From the sequence record DRR723986_28476: DNA of 50,109 bases; one strand, 5' to 3'. A model generated the notes under the pieces. It had not been told where the DNA came from. It worked only from the letters and a program-made list of their open reading frames with translations, and did not search any database. Position 1 is the first letter of the stretch; each line of letters starts with the position of its first letter. The translations under genes and the position numbers were made by a program. Below are positions 18,213 to 27,800 of the stretch, piece after piece.

Positions 18213-21200
18213 ATGCGATATCACCTTTTCCGAATTTTAGTTTTTGCTGGGTTATGGTTGAATTCATTTATTGCCCTGGCCCAATTTGATCAGGAGCGTT
18301 TTGGGAAAAACAGAATTCAGCACCAGCAGTTTGAATGGTATTTTTATTCCTCAAATAACTTTGAGGTATATTACTATGATAGAGGTGGCGCGAATGCCAA
18401 AATGGCCATTGATTTTCTGGAAAGTGAGTTTAATCGCCTGACTCAGATGATTGGCTATGTGGCATATACCAAGCCAAAAATCTATATATACAATTCTCCA
18501 GAGGAGCTTTTGCAAAGCAACATCAACTTGAACAAGGAGGAATATAGTGAGCAAGGACAAACGAACTTCAATAGACTGCTAGCGGAAGTAGCTTACAAAG
18601 GAGAGGTTGATGAATTTAAGGATGATTTGCTCTATGGCACTGTAAAGGTTATTATCGAAGAGATGCTTTATGGTTCATCAGTCTCTGATGCTTTCCAATC
18701 CAACCTGACCAATAGCTTCCCAGAGTGGTATGTAGATGGGGTAGCTCTATATTTAGCTAAAGGCTGGAGTCGTGAGATGGATGACTTTGTGAGACATTAT
18801 TTTGAGGAAGAAGAAACTCCAAAAATCCTCAAATTGAAAGAAAAAGAAGCTGCTTTGGTGGGCCAATCAGTGTGGAATTATATAGCAGAAAGATATGGAA
18901 GAAGGTATGTTTCCAGTATTCTTAATCTTTCGAGAATAAATAGAAACGAGGAAAACAGTATAGCCAACACGGTAGGGTTAAATTATAAAACGTTCACCGA
19001 AGATTGGAAAAAGTACTACTTGGATATAAACAAGCAGGTTTCGTCGACTTTCAAAGACCCTAATAGAAGCGCTGCAGTAGCTGAAACATCCCCAAGATTT
19101 ATAGGGGCGATCAATGATATAAAGTTTAGCCCTGACGGATTGAACTTGGCTTATGTGATCAATAATGGAGGGAAGTATAAGGTTCAAATAAGAGAGATAA
19201 GCTCTGGTCGCGAACAGACAATTTTCGCTGGAGGAACATCCCTTCAAGATCAGGAAGCAAATTTCACTTCCCCAATAATAGCTTGGAGAGATTCCGCAAA
19301 TATTGCAATTGCATCTTTCAAAAGAGGTTTTACTACACTTAGATTGAGATCAATTGATGGCTCCAATCAGGATAAGATTTTCTTAAGAAATATCAGTCAG
19401 ATCCTAAGCCTTGATTTCAATAGCACAGGGAAGAACATGGTGCTTTCAGCCATTTCTAATGGGAAATCTGATATTTATACCTTAAATACCAGAGGTGCTG
19501 GCAAAAGGTTAACCAATGATTCCTTTGATGAATTAACACCTGTGTTTTTGAATGATTCAACTATAATTTATTCCTCCAATGCGACGAGTTTGCCGGATTC
19601 GTTAATGGGGAAAAACCTCGAGTTATCATCCTTGCCAGATTATTATAATCTTTACATGGTACAGGTCACCGACACGGTAATCACTAAGCAGCTTACTAAC
19701 TCCAATAGTAAAAATATTAGACCAAGGAAAATTAATAGTAATGCTATTGTTTACTTAAGCGATTTAAGTGGAATCAATAACCTGATGCGCATGAGTATAG
19801 GAAATCAGGTGTCTAATCAGATTTCTGCGTTCAATAAGAGTATTGAAGCCTTCGATATAAACAGTAGAATGAATAGGATGGCTTATTCTGTCCGAGATGG
19901 GAGGGAGAGTTTTCTAGTAGTTGAAGGGTTCTCTAGTTCTGATCAGTTTACTCCGAGTACTCCAAGAATACAGCTCGAACAAGCTAAGAGTCTTAATGAA
20001 AGAATGGCAGCGAGAAGATTATTAGAGGAAAAGCAAGCCAGTGAAAATCAATCGATAAATCCGCAGCAAGACAGTAAACAATCAATGCAACCTGCGATCA
20101 AGCTGGATACCATACCGAAGAATTCTACCTCTTCAATTGATCTTAAGCGCTTAAATTTTGAGTCTAAAAATGGTATCAATACTGATAATTATAGCTTTGA
20201 TACTTTACCAACTAACCTTGGCACCCAGCCAGTAGTTGCTGGTGCTTCAGAGTCTAAAACGAATTTGTTAGAATCGTTTAGGAAAGAAAGTCTAAGAAAA
20301 AGAGTGACTGGACCTAGGCAAATGGAGCCTCAGTTTTTTATAAATAGTATCAATACCCGTTTTGTGGTAGATCCTTTAAGAGGGTTTGGAATTGGAATGA
20401 CTGGTAAAATGACTGATTTACTTGATAACCATGTGTTCCAAGGTGGGGTAATGACCACGCTTGATTTCAGGTCTGGTGGTGATATATTCTTTGAATATGA
20501 GTATTTGAAAAGCAGGGTAGACTTTAAAGGAAGATTTGATCGTAGGACAATCAGGGTTTCTGAAGGTGATATTACTATTCAGAAATATGTGTTGACTAAA
20601 GCGGAACTGGGTTTTTCTTACCCTTTAAATGCAAATGCAAGAGTCTCTTTATCACCTTTCGTAGCCAAAACACAGTATTTCAATCTTAATCCAGATTCTT
20701 TAATTATCAGTCAAAGTCCCGAGCAGAATAGACTAGATGTAAATTATTTAGGCGGAAAAGCGGAATTCGTTTATGATCGTATCCAGCCATTAGGATTGTA
20801 TTCTCAACGAGGTTTTAAAGGTAAAATAGGCTATACTCAATATCAATCCTTTAATAATAAGGACCGCTCCTTTGGGAATTTCTATCTTGATTTGAGAGAA
20901 TACAGAGCTATTCACAAGAACATTGTTATTGCAGCAAGACTTTATGCAGGGTCCTTTATGGGAAATAATCCGCAAACTTATATGCTTGGAGGAATGGATA
21001 ATTGGCTGTTTAATGACTTTTATCGCCCACCTTCCAATCGTCCAGAGTCTTCTCCCATCAGAAACCCTACCGGTGTAGAAAATTCTAATATCCTTTTCGC
21101 TGATTTTGTAGATTTGAGAGGATATGATTATGATGAAATTCGCGGTAGAAACATGGTCACTTTCACTGCTGAATTAAGAATACCTGTATTCTCGTATTTG

Positions 21201-21512
21201 ACTAGGGGAAACATCACTTCGAATTTCATTCGTAATTTCCAGCTGATTGGGTTCTATGACATAGGCTCAGCTTGGAATGATGCAGCACCATGGGAGCGTG
21301 TGAATGATCAAAACACCGAAGTAATTAACACAGAAGGATCCCCTTTTACGATTACCCTAAATAACTTCAATAATCCTTGGCTTCAGAGCTACGGGGCAGG
21401 ATTAAGAACAGTTTTACTCAACTACTATGTTAAATTTGACGTAGCGAGACCAATTAGGAATTATGAAGCCGAAGATTTAAAGTTCTATGTAACTTTGGGC
21501 TTCAATTTCTAA
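18213..21512 (+). CDS. Omp85/BamA-superfamily barrel with TolB-like beta-propeller and N-terminal peptidase-like domain
   Basis: Signal peptide; FGKNRIQ; PEWYVDGVALY; FSPDG propeller repeats; C-terminal LRGY loop motif and FYVTLGFNF beta-signal. Confidence 0.75.
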   Translation: MRYHLFRILVFAGLWLNSFIALAQFDQERFGKNRIQHQQFEWYFYSSNNFEVYYYDRGGANAKMAIDFLESEFNRLTQMIGYVAYTKPKIYIYNSPEELLQSNINLNKEEYSEQGQTNFNRLLAEVAYKGEVDEFKDDLLYGTVKVIIEEMLYGSSVSDAFQSNLTNSFPEWYVDGVALYLAKGWSREMDDFVRHYFEEEETPKILKLKEKEAALVGQSVWNYIAERYGRRYVSSILNLSRINRNEENSIANTVGLNYKTFTEDWKKYYLDINKQVSSTFKDPNRSAAVAETSPRFIGAINDIKFSPDGLNLAYVINNGGKYKVQIREISSGREQTIFAGGTSLQDQEANFTSPIIAWRDSANIAIASFKRGFTTLRLRSIDGSNQDKIFLRNISQILSLDFNSTGKNMVLSAISNGKSDIYTLNTRGAGKRLTNDSFDELTPVFLNDSTIIYSSNATSLPDSLMGKNLELSSLPDYYNLYMVQVTDTVITKQLTNSNSKNIRPRKINSNAIVYLSDLSGINNLMRMSIGNQVSNQISAFNKSIEAFDINSRMNRMAYSVRDGRESFLVVEGFSSSDQFTPSTPRIQLEQAKSLNERMAARRLLEEKQASENQSINPQQDSKQSMQPAIKLDTIPKNSTSSIDLKRLNFESKNGINTDNYSFDTLPTNLGTQPVVAGASESKTNLLESFRKESLRKRVTGPRQMEPQFFINSINTRFVVDPLRGFGIGMTGKMTDLLDNHVFQGGVMTTLDFRSGGDIFFEYEYLKSRVDFKGRFDRRTIRVSEGDITIQKYVLTKAELGFSYPLNANARVSLSPFVAKTQYFNLNPDSLIISQSPEQNRLDVNYLGGKAEFVYDRIQPLGLYSQRGFKGKIGYTQYQSFNNKDRSFGNFYLDLREYRAIHKNIVIAARLYAGSFMGNNPQTYMLGGMDNWLFNDFYRPPSNRPESSPIRNPTGVENSNILFADFVDLRGYDYDEIRGRNMVTFTAELRIPVFSYLTRGNITSNFIRNFQLIGFYDIGSAWNDAAPWERVNDQNTEVINTEGSPFTITLNNFNNPWLQSYGAGLRTVLLNYYVKFDVARPIRNYEAEDLKFYVTLGFNF

Positions 21513-21526
21513 CAACAAACTTTATT

Positions 21527-22408
21527 ATGATCAAATCAATGACCGGCTTCGGAAACGCCGGATTTGAAGATGAGCGAATGGTGATCCAAGTAGAAGTTCG
21601 CTCGCTCAATTCAAAATTTTTGGATCTTTCAATCCGCAGTCCAAGACAGTTTAATGATAAAGAGCTAGAAATTAGAAATCTGGTTCAATCTATTTTGGAC
21701 AGAGGTAAAGTGAGTATTTCGATTGATTTTCAATCCAAAGGATCGGTAGAAATGCCAGTGAGCATTAATGAGGATTTGTTTAACCTCTTTTATCAAAAAT
21801 ATAAGGGGCTTGCAGAAAGTGTAAATGATGATTCTCAAGACATTTTCAAGCTTGCTCTTCAGTCTCCAACGGTAATTACTCAGATAACAGGTGAGCAAAG
21901 AGATGATCAAGCGGATTGGGAGGAAATAAAAAAAGTCCTGATTACAGCATTAAATAAATGTGATTCATTTCGTCAGGATGAAGGCAACTCTCTGGAAGAA
22001 AAGCTTCAGAGCAATATTAAAGCAATAGGCGCTGGATTATCAATCATTCAGGAAAATGAAGGTAACCGCAAGGCTAGAATCAAGCAAAAGATTAGAAATC
22101 ATTTTAACGAATGGCTAGACGAAAATTCTTTTGATGCCAACAGGTTTGAGCAAGAACTGATTTATTATTTTGAAAAGCTAGACATTACAGAAGAAATCGT
22201 TCGTTTGGACACACACTTGAAATATTTTGCCAAGTGCCTTACTGAAGAAACAAATCAAGGTAAAAAACTTGGATTTATTTCGCAGGAAATTGGAAGAGAG
22301 ATCAATACCATCGGGTCAAAGGCAAATGACGCTGAAATGCAAAAACATGTGATTCTAATGAAAGATGAACTCGAAAAAATTAAAGAGCAATCTTTGAATG
22401 TATTATAA
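21527..22408 (+). CDS. yicC: YicC/YloC family endoribonuclease
   Basis: MIKSMTGFG, EVRSLNSKFLD, DITEEIVRL, GKKLGFISQEIGREINTIGSKAN. Confidence 0.93.
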   Translation: MIKSMTGFGNAGFEDERMVIQVEVRSLNSKFLDLSIRSPRQFNDKELEIRNLVQSILDRGKVSISIDFQSKGSVEMPVSINEDLFNLFYQKYKGLAESVNDDSQDIFKLALQSPTVITQITGEQRDDQADWEEIKKVLITALNKCDSFRQDEGNSLEEKLQSNIKAIGAGLSIIQENEGNRKARIKQKIRNHFNEWLDENSFDANRFEQELIYYFEKLDITEEIVRLDTHLKYFAKCLTEETNQGKKLGFISQEIGREINTIGSKANDAEMQKHVILMKDELEKIKEQSLNVL

Positions 22409-22438
22409 GAAAAGAGGGGCTCTAAGCCCCTTTTTCTT
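22407..22438. terminator. Bidirectional intrinsic terminator
   Basis: aagaaaagaggggc-tctaa-gcccctttttctt between convergent yicC and tonB. Confidence 0.8.
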
Positions 22439-22453
22439 GCATGAGTATTTTGT

Positions 22454-23128
22454 CTAATTAAGTCTAAATCGAATAGGCATAGTCATTCTAGATCGTACCA
22501 CTCTTCCACCTATCCTGCCAGGAGTCCAATTAGGGGAGTTTTCAATAACTTCCTTAGCTATTTCATCACAACCGCCACCGATTGTTCGGACTAGCTCTAT
22601 GTCCTGTATTGATCCATCTGTGTTTACCACAAAGCGTACGATAACCATACCCTGTATATTCATTCTTTTGGCTTGACCTGGATATTTCAAGTTTTTGTTG
22701 AGGTAGGTATACCAAGCCTCCATACCTCCATTAAACATTGGTTGAACATCCACAAAGTTTTCGATGACATCTACGTCTTCTGTATTTGGCGGATCAGATA
22801 GTTCTACTTCAGGAATGTTTGTGTGTTCATTTGTAAATATATCCAATTTAAGATGTTTGATATTATCTATCTTAATCTCGTCAGAGATAGTATTTACCTC
22901 AATAGGAGCAGGAGGAGGAGGTGGTGGTGGAGGGTTTTGGATTGTTTGTGGGATATCAATTTCATCCCAATCATCTTTCATTGCATCAAATGTTTTGATT
23001 ATTCCCTGATCCTTGGCCTTCCATTCAAAAGCTACCAATACTGCTCCTAGACTAATTGCAAGGCCTAGATTAAATAAAGTTCCTGACCATCTACTGAGGT
23101 CCAACTTTGGATTTTTTTTGTTTTCCAT
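22454..23128 (-). CDS. tonB: Energy transducer TonB (divergent paralog)
   Basis: N-terminal TM ending AFEWK, poly-Pro linker, KYP...G.V.V.FVV..DG TonB_C domain, WTPG. Confidence 0.85.
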   Translation of the reverse strand: MENKKNPKLDLSRWSGTLFNLGLAISLGAVLVAFEWKAKDQGIIKTFDAMKDDWDEIDIPQTIQNPPPPPPPPAPIEVNTISDEIKIDNIKHLKLDIFTNEHTNIPEVELSDPPNTEDVDVIENFVDVQPMFNGGMEAWYTYLNKNLKYPGQAKRMNIQGMVIVRFVVNTDGSIQDIELVRTIGGGCDEIAKEVIENSPNWTPGRIGGRVVRSRMTMPIRFRLN

Positions 23129-23242
23129 GAGTGTATTATTAGAGGTTAGAAAAAAACTACTCTAATAAATTACACTACATAACTTGTTGATACTAATCCT
23201 CTAACACTATTTAACTAAGCTAAAAGTTGTTAAGGATAGAGC

Positions 23243-23270
23243 AAAAAAAAAGACCCGATTTCTCGGGTCT
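23243..23270 (-). terminator. Intrinsic terminator downstream of the upstream tonB
   Basis: Minus strand agacccga-gaaa-tcgggtct followed by T8. Confidence 0.85.
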
Positions 23271-23288
23271 CTACTTATTACTTAAGGA

Positions 23289-23966
23289 TTAGCTTAATTT
23301 AAATCTAATCGGTAGTCTCATACGAGTACGTACTGGGCGACCACGTTGCTTACCTGGAGTCCATTTAGGTGCTGCACTTACTACTTTTACGGCTTCTTCG
23401 TCGCATCCTCCACCGATTCCTCTCAAAACTTCAACATCTTGAATTGAACCATCAGTGTTTACCACGAAAACCACAATTACAGTACCTTCTGTACCCATTC
23501 TCCTAGCTTGAGTAGGGTATTTTAGATTTTTGGATAGGTATTGATTCCATCCTGCCATTCCCCCTGGAGGCTCAGGCTGAGTTTCTACCACATCAAAGAT
23601 TTGATCTACTTTTTCCTCTACTGGAGCTTCAGCGATCACTACCTCTTTAATTACAGTAGTTTCCTTCACATCTACATCGAAGTTAACTTCAATTTTTTCT
23701 TCGATTTCTACCTCATCAGGAATCTCTTCGATGATAGGCTGCTCTACTGGTGGTGGCGGTGGTGGTGGTGGCTGCTCTGTGATTGGAATATCTAGCAATT
23801 CTTCGAAGTTATCAGTTACTTGACCTAGGTCTTTCAATGAACCATCGTCAAATGACTTCCATTCGAAGGCAGCAAGGGTAGCACCTACAGCTACTGCCAA
23901 ACCTAAGTTCAGGAACATTCCTGACTTTCTGGTTAAATCAGCGCTGGGAGTTTTTTTTGCTTCCAT
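23289..23966 (-). CDS. tonB: Energy transducer TonB
   Basis: TM + AFEWK, Pro8 linker, acidic spacer, NLKYP...EGTVIVVFVV, WTPGKQRGRPV. Confidence 0.9.
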   Translation of the reverse strand: MEAKKTPSADLTRKSGMFLNLGLAVAVGATLAAFEWKSFDDGSLKDLGQVTDNFEELLDIPITEQPPPPPPPPVEQPIIEEIPDEVEIEEKIEVNFDVDVKETTVIKEVVIAEAPVEEKVDQIFDVVETQPEPPGGMAGWNQYLSKNLKYPTQARRMGTEGTVIVVFVVNTDGSIQDVEVLRGIGGGCDEEAVKVVSAAPKWTPGKQRGRPVRTRMRLPIRFKLS

Positions 23967-24036
23967 TATACGTTTGGTTTATTAAGGTTAAATTTTTGTT
24001 CTTTTTCAGACTAACAATTGTAATAATTAATAGGCA

Positions 24037-24426
24037 CTATTCCAAGCCAATCTTGGTGGTAGGAATCTTAAAATATGCTAATAAACCTGCTAACCCACCT
24101 ATTTCGTTGACAATCATGTCCATATAATCGAACGATCGGAACGGGATATACAGTTGAGCACATTCTAAAACTATTCCAGCGGCTACACCGAAAATCAAAT
24201 AGTTTGTTAATACTCTTCCTTGTAAGCCAGTAACTATAGATCGTTTAATACCAACACCACACCAAAGAAAGCTGAGCAGACCAAAGCAAACAAAATGAAC
24301 CAACTTATCCTCAGCTTGAAATGAAGGTTCTGGAAAGTTGTTTCCTGGAGTAAGCATAGCTACTGCTATGACTATTAGCCAAACTAAAGCAATTCCTAAT
24401 CTCAAACCAGATGACTTATTCTCCAA
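24037..24426 (-). CDS. VanZ family membrane protein
   Basis: DKLVHF, E..Q..IPFRS....D...N..G motifs; TTG start overlapping the end of gcvH. Confidence 0.8.
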   Translation of the reverse strand: MENKSSGLRLGIALVWLIVIAVAMLTPGNNFPEPSFQAEDKLVHFVCFGLLSFLWCGVGIKRSIVTGLQGRVLTNYLIFGVAAGIVLECAQLYIPFRSFDYMDMIVNEIGGLAGLLAYFKIPTTKIGLE

Positions 24427-24793
24427 CTAACTCAGCATATGCTGATGCGGATAATAAATCAGCAGGAAGCTCACCCGTTATTTTCACTTTGATCATCCAT
24501 CCTTGTTCGTATGGAGACTCATTCACTAGTTCTGGAGCATCTTCCAATTCTGGATTTACTTCCAAAATTTCACCTGCCACTGGCATGAATAAATCTGAAA
24601 CTGTCTTAACAGCTTCTACGGAGCCAAAAACCTCATTGGTGTCCAATGTATCGCCCAATGTTTCAACTTCTACATACACAATGTCACCTAGTTCACCAGC
24701 GGCAAATTCAGTGATTCCAATAGTTGCAACATCACCATCAATTTTAACCCACTCGTGGTCTTTGGTGTACTTTAGTTCTTGAGGAAAATCCAT
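24416..24793 (-). CDS. gcvH: Glycine cleavage system H protein
   Basis: [15 protein letters not shown], lipoyl-Lys motif [17 protein letters not shown]. Confidence 0.97.
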   Translation of the reverse strand: MDFPQELKYTKDHEWVKIDGDVATIGITEFAAGELGDIVYVEVETLGDTLDTNEVFGSVEAVKTVSDLFMPVAGEILEVNPELEDAPELVNESPYEQGWMIKVKITGELPADLLSASAYAELVGE

Positions 24794-24817
24794 TTTTTAA
24801 ATAGTTAATATGGGAGT

Positions 24818-24825
24818 CAAAATTA
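24818..24825 (-). promoter_or_regulatory. Bacteroidota -7 box upstream of gcvH
   Basis: Minus strand TAATTTTG matches TAnnTTTG, 24 nt before the ATG. Confidence 0.45.
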
Positions 24826-24849
24826 ATAGGAATCGGTCAAGGATAAAAT

Positions 24850-27800
24850 CTATTGGCCTAAATTAAATCGAAGTTGTCCGCCAAATGCTGTAGAAGTTCG
24901 CTTGTAGGCGGTAGTTACTCTAGGGTCGTTGATAGTTCTATCAAAATACAGGGTGAGATTTAGATTTTGGTTGATCAAATAAGAAATTGTTGGTCTGATA
25001 GAAATGTTCAAATTCCCACTTGTCACCGTACTTCCTTCTTCGATTTTTCTCTGAATCTGTGTTGTACTTACCACTTTAGAATCTAATTTGAATTGAACAT
25101 CATTTTTCAATACAGATTGCCTTCCTTGAAATTTGAAAGGAATTCTCAATCCTGCCTTGGTATAGCCTAGGGTCAATCCAAAGTCATTGCTTTTCTGTTC
25201 AGTCACTTGGGAGTTGGAGAAGTTCAAACCTAATGTGCGTTCCTTATTATAATTTACTGCAATATTTAACCTGTCTTTGGTCAACAGATCTAATCCAACT
25301 AAAGGTGCAAAGCGCTCAGTTAAAACGACCTGATTTAATACATAAATTGGAATATACTGTCCCTCATCATTCACTTCCGTTGGTCTTGGAATATTTTGAA
25401 GTGTATTGTAAAGCTCAAGTCCTTGTTGATATTGGAGCGAATTTGAGAAATTGCTGGCATCATAAGTAGAAGTATACATGTGTGTGATATTTATACTACT
25501 GAAGATATCGCTCAACCCTTTCAGCCTAGAAAGTCCCCGATAATCCAATCGCCAGTTAGGAAGCGGCGTTTTTGGAAATGGATTCATGTTGGATTCAGAT
25601 GCATCTTTTCCTCTATAGGCAGCCAAGAAGGCAGGTATTAATACATCTTGGCCATTGATGGAATACTCACCACCGCCTCCGGCTGTTTCTAGCCTGTTTT
25701 TAATAATTTCTCTATTTTTCTCAAACTCTGTGAACAACGGTGAAACATTATCAAAACCATCTTTACTAAAGCTGGTGCCTATCATAATTGTAGTTATGCT
25801 GTACGCGCCGAGTCGATTGGGGCTTATTGACTCATAGACTCCAGGGTTATCCATAGAATTTCTGAATATTTCCTGGTAATCACCTACCTCTCGCTTTGTG
25901 GCATTTAGGGTGATTTTAAAGTCTTGGAATGGTTCTATGATACTACCAAACTTCATATTTACGACACTACTTTGCCTGAAAGTCTGAGTTAGTTCACTGC
26001 TTGGGGCCATGATTCCCGCTTGTGCAAATTCATTTCGAATAGTTGGATCTTGACTACCAAACAGGAATGCTAATCCAGGATTGTCAAATGCACGGTCCAT
26101 TCCTAAAAGTCCGGTATTTGGCATATAACCAGGTAGGAAAGTGCCCTCGATTTTCCCGTAATTAAAGGTGACCTCCTTTACCATCATAAGCGTTTTCAGC
26201 AGCCTATTTGTGAATGGAGTTCCAATGGTATCTTCTGCCTGGGTTTCATTCCTGCCAGGAATACTCGGTCGTTTAGGCGCATTTAGCGCAGCTAGTTTTT
26301 TGTTTTTATTATAAAGTCTTATGAGATCAAATTTACCATTAAGTGTTTGGTCCCTTGTGTTTTGGATGGAATTTCCTAAGGTGTCTTTCTGCCCTATGGC
26401 CCCAGTCAGCCAAGTATAAGTTGTAATGTATTTATAATCAGCTTTGATCCAGTCGGTAAATGGAATTTTGTCAAGCGGTAAAGTGTAGTTGAGATTTATA
26501 CTGTGGTTATAGTTTGTACGTCTGCCAAATCTCCATGCATTGTATCTAACTGAATCAGATTTCTGTTCTGTATCCAAATCTCCTTGAGGTTCGTCTACCA
26601 CTGCCATTACACTACCTGTATAATCAACACGAAGATTTTTGGTTAAATCCCAATTCAGCGAATAGAACCTATTCATGAAAAAGCTTTTCTGGAAAAGAGG
26701 GTCTACCCCAGAAGTGTTCAGCTGATCATTTCTGTACTGCGAACGCAAATGCTTACGGTCAATGTCTAATCTGGCTAAGATTAGGGTAGGGGATAAATTT
26801 AAATTGAAGTCCTTGATTAATTGTAAATATTTAGAATCTAAGAATCCAGCGTTTTTAAATGGCTCAAAAGTTAAAGCTTTGGGTTGGAAGCTGTAAGTGA
26901 CGTTGCCACGATATGTTTTGTAAGTATAATCCTGAATCTGTGCATTGGTTTGGTTCATTATGCCAAATGCATATGAAAAAGATAAATTGCTCAAGTCGTA
27001 AAAATGATTTTCTGAATCTGGGTTAGATTTTAGTTTTCTAACGTTATTGAAACTGATGTTTTTCCGGTTGATTTGGTCTAGCGCTATTTTTCGATAGGCT
27101 TCTTTTTGGTCCTGCGTTTCAAATTTTTGCAATGCTACTTCAAAAGGAACGTCTGGATTCAAGGGATCATACTCTGGTTTGGTCGTACTATTTTCTATGG
27201 AGAAATACATAGGAATACTTACTCCTATTGCCTCTGGTAAAAGTTTATGAATATCCACATTAGTTGAGATATCATACTGAGTAGTCGCCTGTCTAGCACG
27301 TTGAGATAATCTAGTTTCCAGACCACCAAAACCTATTGAGTTGTGCCGAATAGATCCTGTCACTACAGCCACGTCAGCGATTTTTACATTCATTAGAGCA
27401 TTTGCAGCCCAGCCATTGGATTTGGTTGCACCCGTAACTCTAAGCTCATTGGCCCAGATACAAATACTACGGCTTCCTCCGCCATTTGTGCCAGGGTTTC
27501 TAACTCCAATCATAGAGGATTGTGATTGATTCAACTCTGGCCGTCCTACCACTGTTACAGTATACCTTCCGACTTGTTGGGAGAAAGGTATATTTAGAGG
27601 CACGTGCTGATTATCACGGGCTACTTTTACCCCTACAATTTCCTGAATTGCAATATCAATTTCGTTTTCTGCTGGCCAAATAAGTTCAGGGTCCCTGGTC
27701 CCTTTTGGAGTAATAACAAGAGGTACTTCTATCTCGTAATAGTTATCTGTATTATCTGTACCTAGCCGCAGGAATGCTGTGATTTCTCCGTCCATGGCAT

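Noticed and set aside
22905..23775. GGT/GGA triplet runs as phase-variable repeats
   Set aside because: They encode the normal poly-Pro linkers of the two TonB proteins and are frame-preserving.
24037..24426. VanZ as a glycopeptide-resistance determinant
   Set aside because: No van cluster; stand-alone VanZ-like genes beside gcvH look like core genome.
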